A program made the position numbers and the translations under genes. Shown piece after piece: positions 8,322-17,936 of a stretch of 64,000 nt of DNA. Positions within the stretch are counted from its first letter, which is position 1. The number at the start of each line of letters is the position of its first letter. The DNA is from Candidatus Multivoradales bacterium (GTDB lineage: Bacteria > Acidobacteriota > Thermoanaerobaculia > Multivoradales > JAHEKO01). The stretch lies in assembly GCA_965223855.1 (NCBI GenBank), contig CBDCXM010000003.1:1-64000 (forward strand), written 5' to 3'. Below the pieces are notes generated by a model that was not told where the DNA came from, did not search any database, and saw only the letters and a program-made list of their open reading frames with translations.

Positions 8322-10912
8322 GGCGAATCAGCCGGACATCCGCCACAACGGTCTTGGTGTCGCTCCTAGCTTCGGTGATCGGACAGGAGTCGGCGAACGC
8401 AGCCGCTTGCGACGAGGGCACCGCGAGTCGAACGGCCTACTGCCTGTTCCAGCAAGCAGCCAGCGATCCGGCTGCGATCGACGACCTTGCTGCTCTTGCG
8501 CTGCGATCGGACGATGCCTATGCCTGGTTCTACTTGGGTTGCCTACAACTGGACCGGGGGGAGGCCGAATCGACCGCGACGCTGCGGCGAGCCGCTGACG
8601 CTTTTCGGAACGCCACGAACCCGCTGTGGGCGTCGCGCGCTCTCCGCAACCTTGGCAGCTCACTCGTCAGGGCCGACGATTTCGAGGGGGCGGCGATGGC
8701 GTTTGGCAACGCGGAGGAGGAGGTCCCTCAGATCGCGGACCCGCTCGCTCGAGCCGAAGAGCAGCTGCTCGTGCGCTCGTACCGGAACCAGTTGGCCAAG
8801 ATAACAGGCGGCGATCTCGAGCCGCTCTACAAAGAGGTGCAGCGGGACATTGGCGATTTACCTGACGGTCTCCGTCCACGCGTCCGCTTCGAGAGCTTTG
8901 AGCTCGCTGGCAACTTGGCACATGAACTCGGTCGATACGCGGAGGCAACAAGCTGGTACAGCAGGGCGGCCGCGGCGGCGCGAGAGCTTGGAGGGCCTGC
9001 CCTCGAAGCCAACTCGCTACTCAACCTCGCTACGACGAGCCTCGCAGCGCGGGTGGGGAGCCGCTCGGCAATCCGCTCTGAGCTCCACCGCGCAGTTCAA
9101 CTGGCTGAAGAAGTGGCCGACGAACGGGTGGCAATCAAGTCTCTGACGACACTGTCTAGGTTGAGCGCCGGCGAGAAGCGCATTTCTCTCGTCGAGGAAG
9201 CTCTTGCCCGGGCTCGCACGTTGAATGACCGCGAGATTCTCATTGAGGTCCTCGGGCGCGCTGCGACCGCAGTGCTCGACGGCGATCCTAGGCTAGCGAA
9301 CCAGCGCATCGATGAGGCCCTCTCTCTCGTGGAGCATGAGCCTGATCCGCGCGCGGAGGCCTACCTCTGGACCGACCGCCTTCGAGTTCGTTGGGAAACC
9401 TGGGATAAGGACAGAGCGAGGGATGACACGCTGGCCGTTCTCGACTCGCTACTGCGGCAGTCGATGAGCCCACCGACCGAGCTGACGCGGGTACAGCTCG
9501 CGTCGGTATGGCGAGAGGCGAACGAATGGGTGATTGGCCAGCTTCTCCTGGACTACGAGAAGACGGCGGATCTCGAGAACCTGGAAATGGCCCTGAGCGT
9601 GAGTGAGATGGCTCGCGCGAACGAGCTTGAGAAAAGCGTCATCGCACGCGAGTACGGCGCGGTGGCGTCGTCGGTGCCCGTGGAGCTTGCCTCGCTGAAC
9701 CGAACTCTTGGACCTCGTCACGCACTGCTGATTCTGCTCACGGGCCAGTGGGAAGATGCCTATGGGGATTTCGCCGGTGGATCGTGGGCGATCAAGGTCT
9801 CCGCGTCGGGCCCCCTGGTCTTCCGTCTCCCTGACTCGGACACACTGGCAGCGCAGGTCAAGACCTACTTGTCGCTCCTTGACGCTGGCAAGCCAGCTGG
9901 GCCCGCGACGCGCGCGCTTCGCAGGAGCCTGTTCGGACCAGTCCTGGATCAGTCTGCCGTGGATCTTGATCACCTCACTATCGTGGCCGACGGTGCCTTG
10001 TTCGACCTTCCTTTTGCCGCGCTAGCGGCGATTGAGGATAGCCAGTCGCTCCCCGTCTCCATAGCGCCATCTCTCAAACTCTGGAGAACGTGGCGAAGAG
10101 AATCTTCATCGCAGCCTGTTGGTGGAGTTTTGGTGGTCGCTGATCCGCTGTTTGACGCGGCTCGAAGCCGAGTCATCGCAGCACGCCGTGAATGGGCGCC
10201 CGAGGCTCTTGGGCGACTCCCGCACGCACGCAGGGAGGGCAGACGGGTTCTGGGGGCGCTCCAGGGCCATGGAGCAGCTCTTATCGGTGAAAGTGCGACG
10301 GAGGCTGCGACCCGCGACGCGTTGCGCACTCTGCGTCCTCACGTGCTTCATTTCGCCACCCATGCAGTCGCGGACGGCCAGCATCCTGACCGAAGCGCGA
10401 TCGTACTCTCGCCGGTAAGCACGAAGGACGACGGGCTCCTGACTCTGCAGGAGATCGAGAGATGGCCGCAGGGCTCTCCGCCACTCGTCGTGCTCTCTGC
10501 CTGCAAGACCGCGCGTGGTTGGACACCGCGGAGCGAGGGTCCTCTCAGTCTGGCGCGTGCATTTCTCCGCGGAGGTGCCCACACCGTCGTCGCATCCGTG
10601 CTGCCGGTCGAGGACAGGGCCACCGCCGACGTCATGGAGCTGTTCTACGAGGCTCTCGCTGAGGGCAAGGCGGTGTCCGAAAGCCTGGCTGCTGCCCAGA
10701 ATCACTCGCGCGGCAAGGGTGAGCATCCGGCGCGATGGGCTGGGCTTGTCGTTCTGGGAGACGGACTGCACGTGCCCTTCCCCGGGGGTGTAGTCGACCG
10801 GCCAGCCTCCGTCTCCGCGATGCTGGCGGCCCCAGTCGTGGCAGCGCTGTTAGTTGTCGTAGCGTGGGGCCGCCGACGGCTGATGGCGGGTCGACCCAGA
10901 GCGCAGGGCTAA
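8318..10912 (+). CDS. TPR-CHAT (caspase-like, HetF family) protease with signal peptide and C-terminal TM
   Basis: Catalytic motifs VLHFATHA and LVVLSACKT; HPARWAGLVVLGD; N-terminal TPR-like helices; C-terminal TM followed by GRRR. Confidence 0.9.
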   Translation: MRRISRTSATTVLVSLLASVIGQESANAAACDEGTASRTAYCLFQQAASDPAAIDDLAALALRSDDAYAWFYLGCLQLDRGEAESTATLRRAADAFRNATNPLWASRALRNLGSSLVRADDFEGAAMAFGNAEEEVPQIADPLARAEEQLLVRSYRNQLAKITGGDLEPLYKEVQRDIGDLPDGLRPRVRFESFELAGNLAHELGRYAEATSWYSRAAAAARELGGPALEANSLLNLATTSLAARVGSRSAIRSELHRAVQLAEEVADERVAIKSLTTLSRLSAGEKRISLVEEALARARTLNDREILIEVLGRAATAVLDGDPRLANQRIDEALSLVEHEPDPRAEAYLWTDRLRVRWETWDKDRARDDTLAVLDSLLRQSMSPPTELTRVQLASVWREANEWVIGQLLLDYEKTADLENLEMALSVSEMARANELEKSVIAREYGAVASSVPVELASLNRTLGPRHALLILLTGQWEDAYGDFAGGSWAIKVSASGPLVFRLPDSDTLAAQVKTYLSLLDAGKPAGPATRALRRSLFGPVLDQSAVDLDHLTIVADGALFDLPFAALAAIEDSQSLPVSIAPSLKLWRTWRRESSSQPVGGVLVVADPLFDAARSRVIAARREWAPEALGRLPHARREGRRVLGALQGHGAALIGESATEAATRDALRTLRPHVLHFATHAVADGQHPDRSAIVLSPVSTKDDGLLTLQEIERWPQGSPPLVVLSACKTARGWTPRSEGPLSLARAFLRGGAHTVVASVLPVEDRATADVMELFYEALAEGKAVSESLAAAQNHSRGKGEHPARWAGLVVLGDGLHVPFPGGVVDRPASVSAMLAAPVVAALLVVVAWGRRRLMAGRPRAQG

Positions 10913-11004
10913 CCAACCTCTTTGTCGCAGGACTGCCGCTCTCCCGTGGTCCTCGGCGCTTCGTGACGTGCTGTCTCGCGGCTGCTACAGGAGTCAGAAG
11001 GGAG

Positions 11005-11028
11005 TCCGGGTAATCACGGGGTAATCAC
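11005..11028 (+). repeat. 24-bp arm-type repeat, copy 2
   Basis: Identical to 1860-1883; ~105 bp inside the att core. Confidence 0.75.
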
Positions 11029-11133
11029 AGAGACGCAAGCCGTCACAAACTCCAGCTGAGGACGAAGGACGCAAACTGCTGAAAAAGAGAGACTTTTCAA
11101 GTATGCGCATACTAGCGCAAAGCCCTGATCCAG

Positions 11134-11180
11134 GAATGGCATTCAGGAGGTCGTCGGTTCGATCCCGATCGGCTCCACCA
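11134..11180 (+). other. attR: 3' half of tRNA-Ala(GGC)
   Basis: GAATGGCATTCAGGAGGTCGTCGGTTCGATCCCGATCGGCTCCACCA gives the anticodon loop, T-arm and CCA end. The 5' acceptor strand and D-arm are absent. Confidence 0.88.
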
Positions 11181-11310
11181 TGGCTGGCCTCGCACGTGAA
11201 CAGCCGCCAGGGCCGCGAACACCGAGGCTGAACCGGCGCACCGCCGCCGATCGCCAACTACCCGCCCGGGTGGTGCGTGGGTGCCCGCCGACTGCTAGCT
11301 TGATCAGGCG

Positions 11311-13464
11311 ATGCCGGCAGACGCGAAAGACGTGTCGCCCATCAGTCCTCGCACATCTCGCGACGAGGCAGTCGCCGGTTGGAAGAGGCCTCTTGCAGCG
11401 GCGGTGACGGCCCTCCTGCTCCTGGAAGGGGTGTCCGGTCTGTGGATGTATCTCGCCGGCTTCTCCATCTTCGGGCAGATTCTGGTGCTGGCGCATGTCG
11501 GCCTGGGTCTCGCCCTCGTGGTCCTCTACCCTCTGTATCAGTGGCACCATCTGCTGGCGTGGATTCGCCAGCGGGCGACCGCATCGATGATGCTCGGCTT
11601 CGGGCTGATGGCGAGTGTCACCGTCTCGATCGTGAGCGGCGTCGTTCTCGCCTGGCAGGCCGGCTTCGCCTCGCGGATCTCCTACGCCTGGGATCAGATC
11701 CACCTGATCTCCGGTATCGCCGCGCTAGCACTGCTGGGAGCACACGTCGTCGCGGCCCTGGCGAGGCGCCGGACCGCGGCTCGCAAGGATCGAGAGCTGC
11801 GAGCAGCCATGGCCGCCTTCTCCCGCAAGGCACTCTGGGTGTCGGCCACGCTCACCGTGGTCGTGGTCGGGGTAGCGGCTCTGTGGCCGGAGAAGAGTCT
11901 GCGAATGGAGATTCCCGACGACTACACGCTGCCGACCTACGCGCAGCAGTTCGACGAGTACGAAGGAAACCCATTTGCCCCTACCTATGCCCGCACCGAC
12001 GACCTGAGGCTGGTAGAGCCGGGACTCCTGAGCGGCTCACGATCTTGCGGTTCGGCCAACTGCCACGAACAGATCCTCGCCGAGTGGGAGCCCAGCGCGC
12101 ACCGCTTTGCGGCGATGAACCCTCCGTTTCAGGAGGTGCAACGGCGATTCGCCGAGGAGCGTCAGCCTTCCGAGACGCGCTACTGCGCCGGCTGCCATGA
12201 TCCGATCTCTCTGTTCGCGGGAGCGAAGGACCTGCACTCTCAGGATCTGTCCGCCCCGGGGATGGATGAGGGAATCTCCTGTGTTGCCTGCCATGCAATG
12301 TCCGAAGTCGATCAACGGGGCAACGCCGACTACGAACTGACCCCTCCGAGGAAGTACATCGGCGAGGGTGGAGAGGGCGCCGTCAAGTGGGTCTCGGACT
12401 TCCTGATCCGCGCCTACCCTCGTCAGCACCTGGCCGACTACGACCGGAATCTGCTGCGAACTCCCGAGTACTGCGGCGCGTGCCACAAGCAGTTCATCCC
12501 GGAGGCTCTCAATCGCTTCGGTCTGGTCGAAGGGCAGAACCAGTACGACGAGTGGAAGAACAGTCACTGGCACAGTGACGACCCGGATCTCGATCTGACC
12601 TGCTCCGATTGCCATATGAGGCTGGTCGCCGACTCCCGCGATCCGGGCCACGGCGAGGCTTCGGACCATCGCCGTTCGGGCGACGACGGTGCCCATCGGC
12701 ACCACGGTTTCATCGCCACCAACAACTTCATGCCGGCGGTCCTGAAACTCCCTCACTGGGAGGAGCAGGTCCGTCTGACCGAGGAGTGGATGCGAGGCGA
12801 GACGGTCATCCCGGAGATCGATCACCTCTGGCCGCGCGGACCGGTAGCAGGACTGCGGGTGCAAGCTCCGGAGGAGGTGTCGGCGGGCGACTGGATGGAC
12901 ATCCGAATCACCGTCGCGAACCGCAAGGCGGGGCACAACTTCATCACCGGGCCTCTCGACTTCGTTCGATCCTGGATACATCTGCGTGTCGTCGACGAGA
13001 ACGGGCGGGTCCTCGGCGAGTGGGGGACCATCAACCCGGAGACGCGCCGCATCGAGGACGAGCCGGGGAAGCCGCACGAGATCGGGAATCCGAGAGACAG
13101 CGGAACGCTCGTCCTGGAGGCGCTTCCCATCGACGAAGAGGGCAGGGAGCTGCGGCAGCACGAGTTGTGGCGGAAGGCGGGAGGCAAGGGCAAGCGGGTG
13201 ATCTTCCCGACCTATGCGGACGCCCACGCATTCCGGCTGCAGGTCCCGCCTGGCACCGTCGGCGACTTAACGCTCGAGGTGAGACTCAACTACCGCCGCT
13301 ACCGGCAGGAGTTCCTCGACCTTGTCCTGCCCGGTCTGGAGGAAAGAACCGGCACTTATCAGCCGACCGTGACCCAGGCGAGCGTGAGCAAGGTGGTCTC
13401 CATTCGGACCGACGGCCTCTCCGAAATCGACGAGCAGGGTGCCGATGCCGAAGCCGCACCGTAG
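11311..13464 (+). CDS. Membrane-anchored multiheme cytochrome c (c554-like) with N-terminal multi-TM domain
   Basis: Heme motifs CGSANCH, CAGCH, CVACH, CGACH, CSDCH; about 5 N-terminal TM helices with histidines. Confidence 0.88.
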   Translation: MPADAKDVSPISPRTSRDEAVAGWKRPLAAAVTALLLLEGVSGLWMYLAGFSIFGQILVLAHVGLGLALVVLYPLYQWHHLLAWIRQRATASMMLGFGLMASVTVSIVSGVVLAWQAGFASRISYAWDQIHLISGIAALALLGAHVVAALARRRTAARKDRELRAAMAAFSRKALWVSATLTVVVVGVAALWPEKSLRMEIPDDYTLPTYAQQFDEYEGNPFAPTYARTDDLRLVEPGLLSGSRSCGSANCHEQILAEWEPSAHRFAAMNPPFQEVQRRFAEERQPSETRYCAGCHDPISLFAGAKDLHSQDLSAPGMDEGISCVACHAMSEVDQRGNADYELTPPRKYIGEGGEGAVKWVSDFLIRAYPRQHLADYDRNLLRTPEYCGACHKQFIPEALNRFGLVEGQNQYDEWKNSHWHSDDPDLDLTCSDCHMRLVADSRDPGHGEASDHRRSGDDGAHRHHGFIATNNFMPAVLKLPHWEEQVRLTEEWMRGETVIPEIDHLWPRGPVAGLRVQAPEEVSAGDWMDIRITVANRKAGHNFITGPLDFVRSWIHLRVVDENGRVLGEWGTINPETRRIEDEPGKPHEIGNPRDSGTLVLEALPIDEEGRELRQHELWRKAGGKGKRVIFPTYADAHAFRLQVPPGTVGDLTLEVRLNYRRYRQEFLDLVLPGLEERTGTYQPTVTQASVSKVVSIRTDGLSEIDEQGADAEAAP

Positions 13465-15235
13465 GCGGAGCATCAACCGGCGAGAGCGCCGCATCTGGCT
13501 CTCGGTGATCGCCATGGGGGCCGGCCTGATCGCGCTGACGGCCCTGGGATGGCAGGTCGCTCTCCGGCGAGACACGGACAGGGCAAGCCCGAGCGAAGGC
13601 GTCACGGCGCGGTCGACGGAAGAGATCCCCGAAGACGCGCCCCGGTTCCGCTTCGTCGACGTGGCACAGAAGCTCGGAATCCGCATGCGGATGGGCTCGG
13701 GCCACCGTAGCCGAACCCTTCCGGAAGACACCGGTTCCGGTCTCGCCTGGGCCGACTACGACGGGGACGGCGACTTCGATCTCTACCTTGTCAACTTCGA
13801 CGGCTCTCCGGGCGCCGAAGGCCTCCCTGCCGCCAGCCAGCTCCTGCGCAACGACGGTTCGCGGTTCTTCGACGTGACGGCCGCAGCCGAGGTCGGAAAT
13901 CCAGGCGGCTTCGGCATGGGGGCGCGGTTCGCCGACTACGACGGCGACGGAGATCAGGATCTGTACGTGACGAACCGAGGGGCGAACCGTCTCTTCGCCA
14001 ACGAGGGCGACGGGACCTTTTCCGAGATCGCCCAGTCGGTAGGACTCGCCGGAACGAGTTGGTCTGTCGGTTCGGCGTGGGGTGACTTCGACGGCGACGG
14101 TCTCCTCGATCTCTATGTCGGCAACTATGTCGACTTCGACGATGCCATGGTCGACACGGAGCCCGTCGACGACCCCAACTGGACAGGAGTTCCAGTCGCT
14201 CTGAATCCGAACGCCTTTGATCCTCAGCCGAACCGTCTCTATCGCCAGGAACCCGGTGGCCGCTTCTTCGAGGACGGTCTCGCCTCCGGCGTCAGCGATC
14301 CCGGAGGCCGCACGTTGGGCGTCGCCGCAGCAGACCTCAACGCCGATGGAAGGCTCGATCTCTACGTCGCGAACGACGTGTCACCGAACTCGCTGTTCTT
14401 CAACGTATCCCCCGCCGCGGGAGAGTCTGTCTTCGAGGACGCCAGCGCGGCAACGGGAACGGCCGACCCTCGCGGGTCGATGGGCATCTGCATCGGGGAC
14501 CTCGGGCAGGACGCGTTGTCGGGGTTCCCCTCGCTGTTCATCACGCACTGGGTGGCTCAGGAGAACGCTCTCTACCAGCCGACCCTAGGAGCGTCCGGCC
14601 GCCTCGAGTACCGGGATCGCGCCCGGCAACTGCGCCTGGCCGAGGTTTCGATCGATCGGGTCGGCTGGGGCTGCGCCGTTGCGGATCTCGACGCAGACGG
14701 GAGGTCCGACCTGGTCGTCAGCAACGGCAGCACGCTCGAGTTGCCGGAAGACCGGCAACGTCTGATCGCGCAGGAGATCCTGTTGCACTGGAATGCCGGC
14801 GATCGGTTCGTGGACGTCGCCCGAGCGGCGGGCGATCCGTTCGAGGCGACCCACGTCGGGCGAGGGCTCGCGCTCGCCGACTTCGACGGCGACCTCGATC
14901 TGGACCTCGCCGTCGCTCGCAACCAGGCAGCGCCGCTCATGCTCCGCAACGAGACGCCGACCGGCAACAAGCTGGGCGTGCGCCTCGTCGGCCCCGACAG
15001 CCGGACCATCGGCACTCGGCTCGAACTCCGTTCCTCGGACCGCTCCCAACGCGCGTGGTGGAGGTCTGAGTCGTCCTTTGCCTCCGACCACGCCCCGGAG
15101 CACGTCTTCGGGATGGGTCAGGAGCCGGAGGCCGAAGCCGTGTGCCTGGATCCACCGCGTGGCAGCCGGAGATGCCTCTCACGCCCTCCGGCGGGTCGAG
15201 CGCTCGTGCTGCCTTCTTCGCCCTGGATGCTCTAG
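13439..15235 (+). CDS. CRTAC1/ASPIC-UnbV family protein (FG-GAP repeats)
   Basis: Repeated DYDGDGDxDLYV motifs; C-terminal HVFGMG ASPIC-like segment; N-terminal TM. Confidence 0.88.
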   Translation: MPMPKPHRRRSINRRERRIWLSVIAMGAGLIALTALGWQVALRRDTDRASPSEGVTARSTEEIPEDAPRFRFVDVAQKLGIRMRMGSGHRSRTLPEDTGSGLAWADYDGDGDFDLYLVNFDGSPGAEGLPAASQLLRNDGSRFFDVTAAAEVGNPGGFGMGARFADYDGDGDQDLYVTNRGANRLFANEGDGTFSEIAQSVGLAGTSWSVGSAWGDFDGDGLLDLYVGNYVDFDDAMVDTEPVDDPNWTGVPVALNPNAFDPQPNRLYRQEPGGRFFEDGLASGVSDPGGRTLGVAAADLNADGRLDLYVANDVSPNSLFFNVSPAAGESVFEDASAATGTADPRGSMGICIGDLGQDALSGFPSLFITHWVAQENALYQPTLGASGRLEYRDRARQLRLAEVSIDRVGWGCAVADLDADGRSDLVVSNGSTLELPEDRQRLIAQEILLHWNAGDRFVDVARAAGDPFEATHVGRGLALADFDGDLDLDLAVARNQAAPLMLRNETPTGNKLGVRLVGPDSRTIGTRLELRSSDRSQRAWWRSESSFASDHAPEHVFGMGQEPEAEAVCLDPPRGSRRCLSRPPAGRALVLPSSPWML

Positions 15236-16066
15236 GGGGAGGGAACCTGCCACTCGGGCTCGAAGCTCGCACTGAAGTGACGCAGCGTCGAGGGCTGATC
15301 GACGATCCTCACCCCACGCAAGGACTCTCGAGCCGAGAGCACCTGAGCAACCGTTTCGACGACGTAATCGAGCTGGCTCTTGGTATACGTCCTTCGCGGA
15401 ACGGCAAGTCGGACCAGTTCCTTGTCGCTGTAGTCCTCTTCACCGGTGTCGGGATTGCGCCTGCCGAACATGACAGAACCGATCTCTACGGTCCGAACGC
15501 CTCCACGTCGGTAGAGCTCGACCGCCAGCGCCTGCCCCGGGTACCTTTCGCGTGCGATGTGCGGTAGCAAGGCAGCGGCATCGATGAAGACAGCGTGTCC
15601 CCCTGGTGGTTGAACGATCGGTACGCCGAGCGCAGCAATACTCTCACCGAGGTATCTCACCGAGGCATGGCGATAGTGTTGATAGCCTCGAGTGGTGTCG
15701 AAATGAGTGTTGTTGGGGACGATCTGTCCCGGCCGGCATTGCGTGGCCGCAAGAATGCGCTCGGCGGCTCTCCCCTGATGGGTCGGAATCACATGTTCGA
15801 AGCCGAAGATGTCCCGAACGGCCCGTTCGAAGCGCGTGAAGCTCGGGCTCCCTGCGTAGGATTCGTCGCCGTTCATCATCGCCGCCCACTGGCTGGAGCT
15901 CATCGCGCCCGTCCCGCGATCGGTCAGAAGGTCGATGACGATCGACTCCGAGGGAATCTTGAACAGGTTGTAGCGCGCCTTTCAGTGCCGCCTCCCGCTC
16001 CCCGGCGGTGGGCATGAGGATCGGTTCGACGACCTTGACCCGGAACGGCTCGATGATGGTCTTCAT
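15232..16066 (-). pseudogene. tnaA: Tryptophanase/tyrosine phenol-lyase family pseudogene
   Basis: MKTIIEPFRVKVVEPI, then a frameshift near 15973 into YNLF...DLLTD...GDESYAGS...THQGRAAE...HFDTTR, fused at ~15688 directly to the C-terminal part (GGHAVFID, ELVRLAVPRRTY). The PLP-lysine region is missing. Confidence 0.85.
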
Positions 16067-16090
16067 GGCTGCCTCCAGGGTGCTCAGCCG

Positions 16091-17866
16091 CTAGGCCGCA
16101 ACGCGGCTGCTGCCCTGCCGGAGAAGATGGTCCATCGAGAAGGTGCCCGACCCGCGCCACAGCAGGAGCATCAGGGCGAAAAGTACGAAGAGGGCGAACT
16201 GCAGATCCTGGCTGGCCCCGAACAGACCCTGTCCGGCGTGAACGAACGAGGCCGCTCCCAACAGCACCGTGATGTTGAGGAAGGCCGCGACCCGAGTCAC
16301 GAACCCCATGGCGAGGCAAATGCCGCCCACGGCATGGGCCAGCACCACGTACCAGGCGACGACAGTCGGAAAGTGACCGAACCCGGCCCCGAGTTGAGCC
16401 TCCACCTTCGAGGTGTCGAGGATGAAGTAGATCCCCTTGATCGCCAGAGCGATCCCCAGATAGATACGCAGCAGATCCATCGGCCGTAAGCCGCCGAGGA
16501 CATCCGGAAGAGCGGGCCAGCGGATCACCGCAGGTTTCCGCGGCTTCGCCCCTCTGGCTTCGAGCGCCTGTCTCAGCTCGGCTCCTGCGACAGCCTCCTC
16601 GGCGGGACTGAACGTCACCAGCAGAGTAAAGAACGAACAGACGAGAACGAGTCCTCCCAGGATCAGCAGCGCCTGGGGCCACGAAATCGCCTCGGCTCGA
16701 AAGAGGAAGCCTGCGGCGACGGCTCCCATGTTTCCTCCAGCTCCGACGATGCCGGAGACCGATCCGAGAGCCTTCTTGTTGACGAATGGCACGACGGAGA
16801 ACGTCGCGCCTTCGGACATCTGCACGAACAGGCTGAAGACCAGCATCGTTCCGATCGCCACCGGCAGGATGGACATCCGCGAGAAGAGAATCAAGGCGAC
16901 GCTCTCGACCAGCAGCGCAACGAACAGCCAGCGGACGCGGCCCTTCAGGCCCCACCGCGCACCGAACTTGTCTCCGATGATGCCGCCGGTGGTGCGAGCG
17001 AAGATGTTCATGAGGCCGAAGAGCCCCGCGACGAGGCCGGCAGTCTTGAGGCCAAGGCCGAAGAAGTCACGGTAGTAGAGCGCTGCGATGTTGTTGATCG
17101 TCAGCTCGACCCCGAAACAGGCGGCATACACCACGAAGAGGGCCCACACCCGCTTGTCCCGGGCGGCCATCTTGAACGTCCCGCGACTCTCCGAGTTGGA
17201 ACGGATCTCCCCTCTTGCCCTGAGTTCCTTGAAGTTCCCGTCCGGCAGGTCGGTGGTGAAGAAGTAATAGGCGACTCCCGTCAGGAGGCAGACCGCGCCT
17301 GCCAGCATCATCGACAAGCGCCACCCCCAGAACGGCGAGAAGCCGAGCCCGGTGATCGCAGCGAAGACGAGCGGCATGATCATCTGCGTGACCCCCCCTC
17401 CCAGATTGCCCCAGCCGGCCGAGGTCGCGTTCGCCGTGCCCACGACGTTGGGCGCGAACATCACGGAGGTGTGGTACTGCGTGATCACAAAGGCTCCACC
17501 GATGAAGCCGATCCCGAGTCTGAAGAGAAGGAAGGTCTCGTAGGTGTCGGCCAGCCCGATGGACATCACCGGAATCGAGCCGAGAACGAGCAACCAGGTG
17601 TAGGTGAGGCGCGGCCCGATCCGGTCGCAGAGCCAACCGATGAGCAGCCTGGCGAAGATCGTGATCGACACCGAAGCGATGATGGTGTTGCCGATCTGAG
17701 TCTTGGTGAGACCCAGTTCGTCGCGCACGATCGCCATCAGTGGGGCGATCCCGAACCACGAGAAGAAGCACAGGAAGAAGGCGAACCAGGTCATGTGGAA
17801 CGCCCGCATCGGCCTCGTTGCCAGGCTGAAGAGGTCGATTCTCGTGGCCTTGTTCTTGACGTCCAT
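16091..17866 (-). CDS. narK: NarK/NRT2-type nitrate transporter fused to a C-terminal DoxX-like domain
   Basis: MFS NNP motifs GTANATSAGWGNLGGG and GIVGAGGN; extra ~130 aa LLRIYLGIALAIKG...HAVGGICLAMGFVTRVAA...GSGTFSMD of DoxX type. Confidence 0.88.
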   Translation of the reverse strand: MDVKNKATRIDLFSLATRPMRAFHMTWFAFFLCFFSWFGIAPLMAIVRDELGLTKTQIGNTIIASVSITIFARLLIGWLCDRIGPRLTYTWLLVLGSIPVMSIGLADTYETFLLFRLGIGFIGGAFVITQYHTSVMFAPNVVGTANATSAGWGNLGGGVTQMIMPLVFAAITGLGFSPFWGWRLSMMLAGAVCLLTGVAYYFFTTDLPDGNFKELRARGEIRSNSESRGTFKMAARDKRVWALFVVYAACFGVELTINNIAALYYRDFFGLGLKTAGLVAGLFGLMNIFARTTGGIIGDKFGARWGLKGRVRWLFVALLVESVALILFSRMSILPVAIGTMLVFSLFVQMSEGATFSVVPFVNKKALGSVSGIVGAGGNMGAVAAGFLFRAEAISWPQALLILGGLVLVCSFFTLLVTFSPAEEAVAGAELRQALEARGAKPRKPAVIRWPALPDVLGGLRPMDLLRIYLGIALAIKGIYFILDTSKVEAQLGAGFGHFPTVVAWYVVLAHAVGGICLAMGFVTRVAAFLNITVLLGAASFVHAGQGLFGASQDLQFALFVLFALMLLLWRGSGTFSMDHLLRQGSSRVAA

Positions 17867-17936
17867 AGCTGGTTTCCCTACCTGGAGATGACTGGATCCG
17901 GTTCGTTGAGACGCGAGCGCATCGTCGACGCTCGGG

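Larger units (their letters stand above)
1..11180. mobile_element. Right part of a genomic island integrated at tRNA-Ala(GGC); the left end and integrase lie outside the window
   Basis: Ends in a tRNA 3' fragment (11134-11180). Contains excisionase-like genes, IS elements and arm-type repeats, and is visibly more AT-rich than the downstream backbone. Confidence 0.8.

Noticed and set aside
11105-11180. Intact tRNA-Ala gene
   Set aside because: Only the anticodon loop to CCA is present; upstream bases cannot form the acceptor stem, D-arm or full anticodon stem. Treated as attR.
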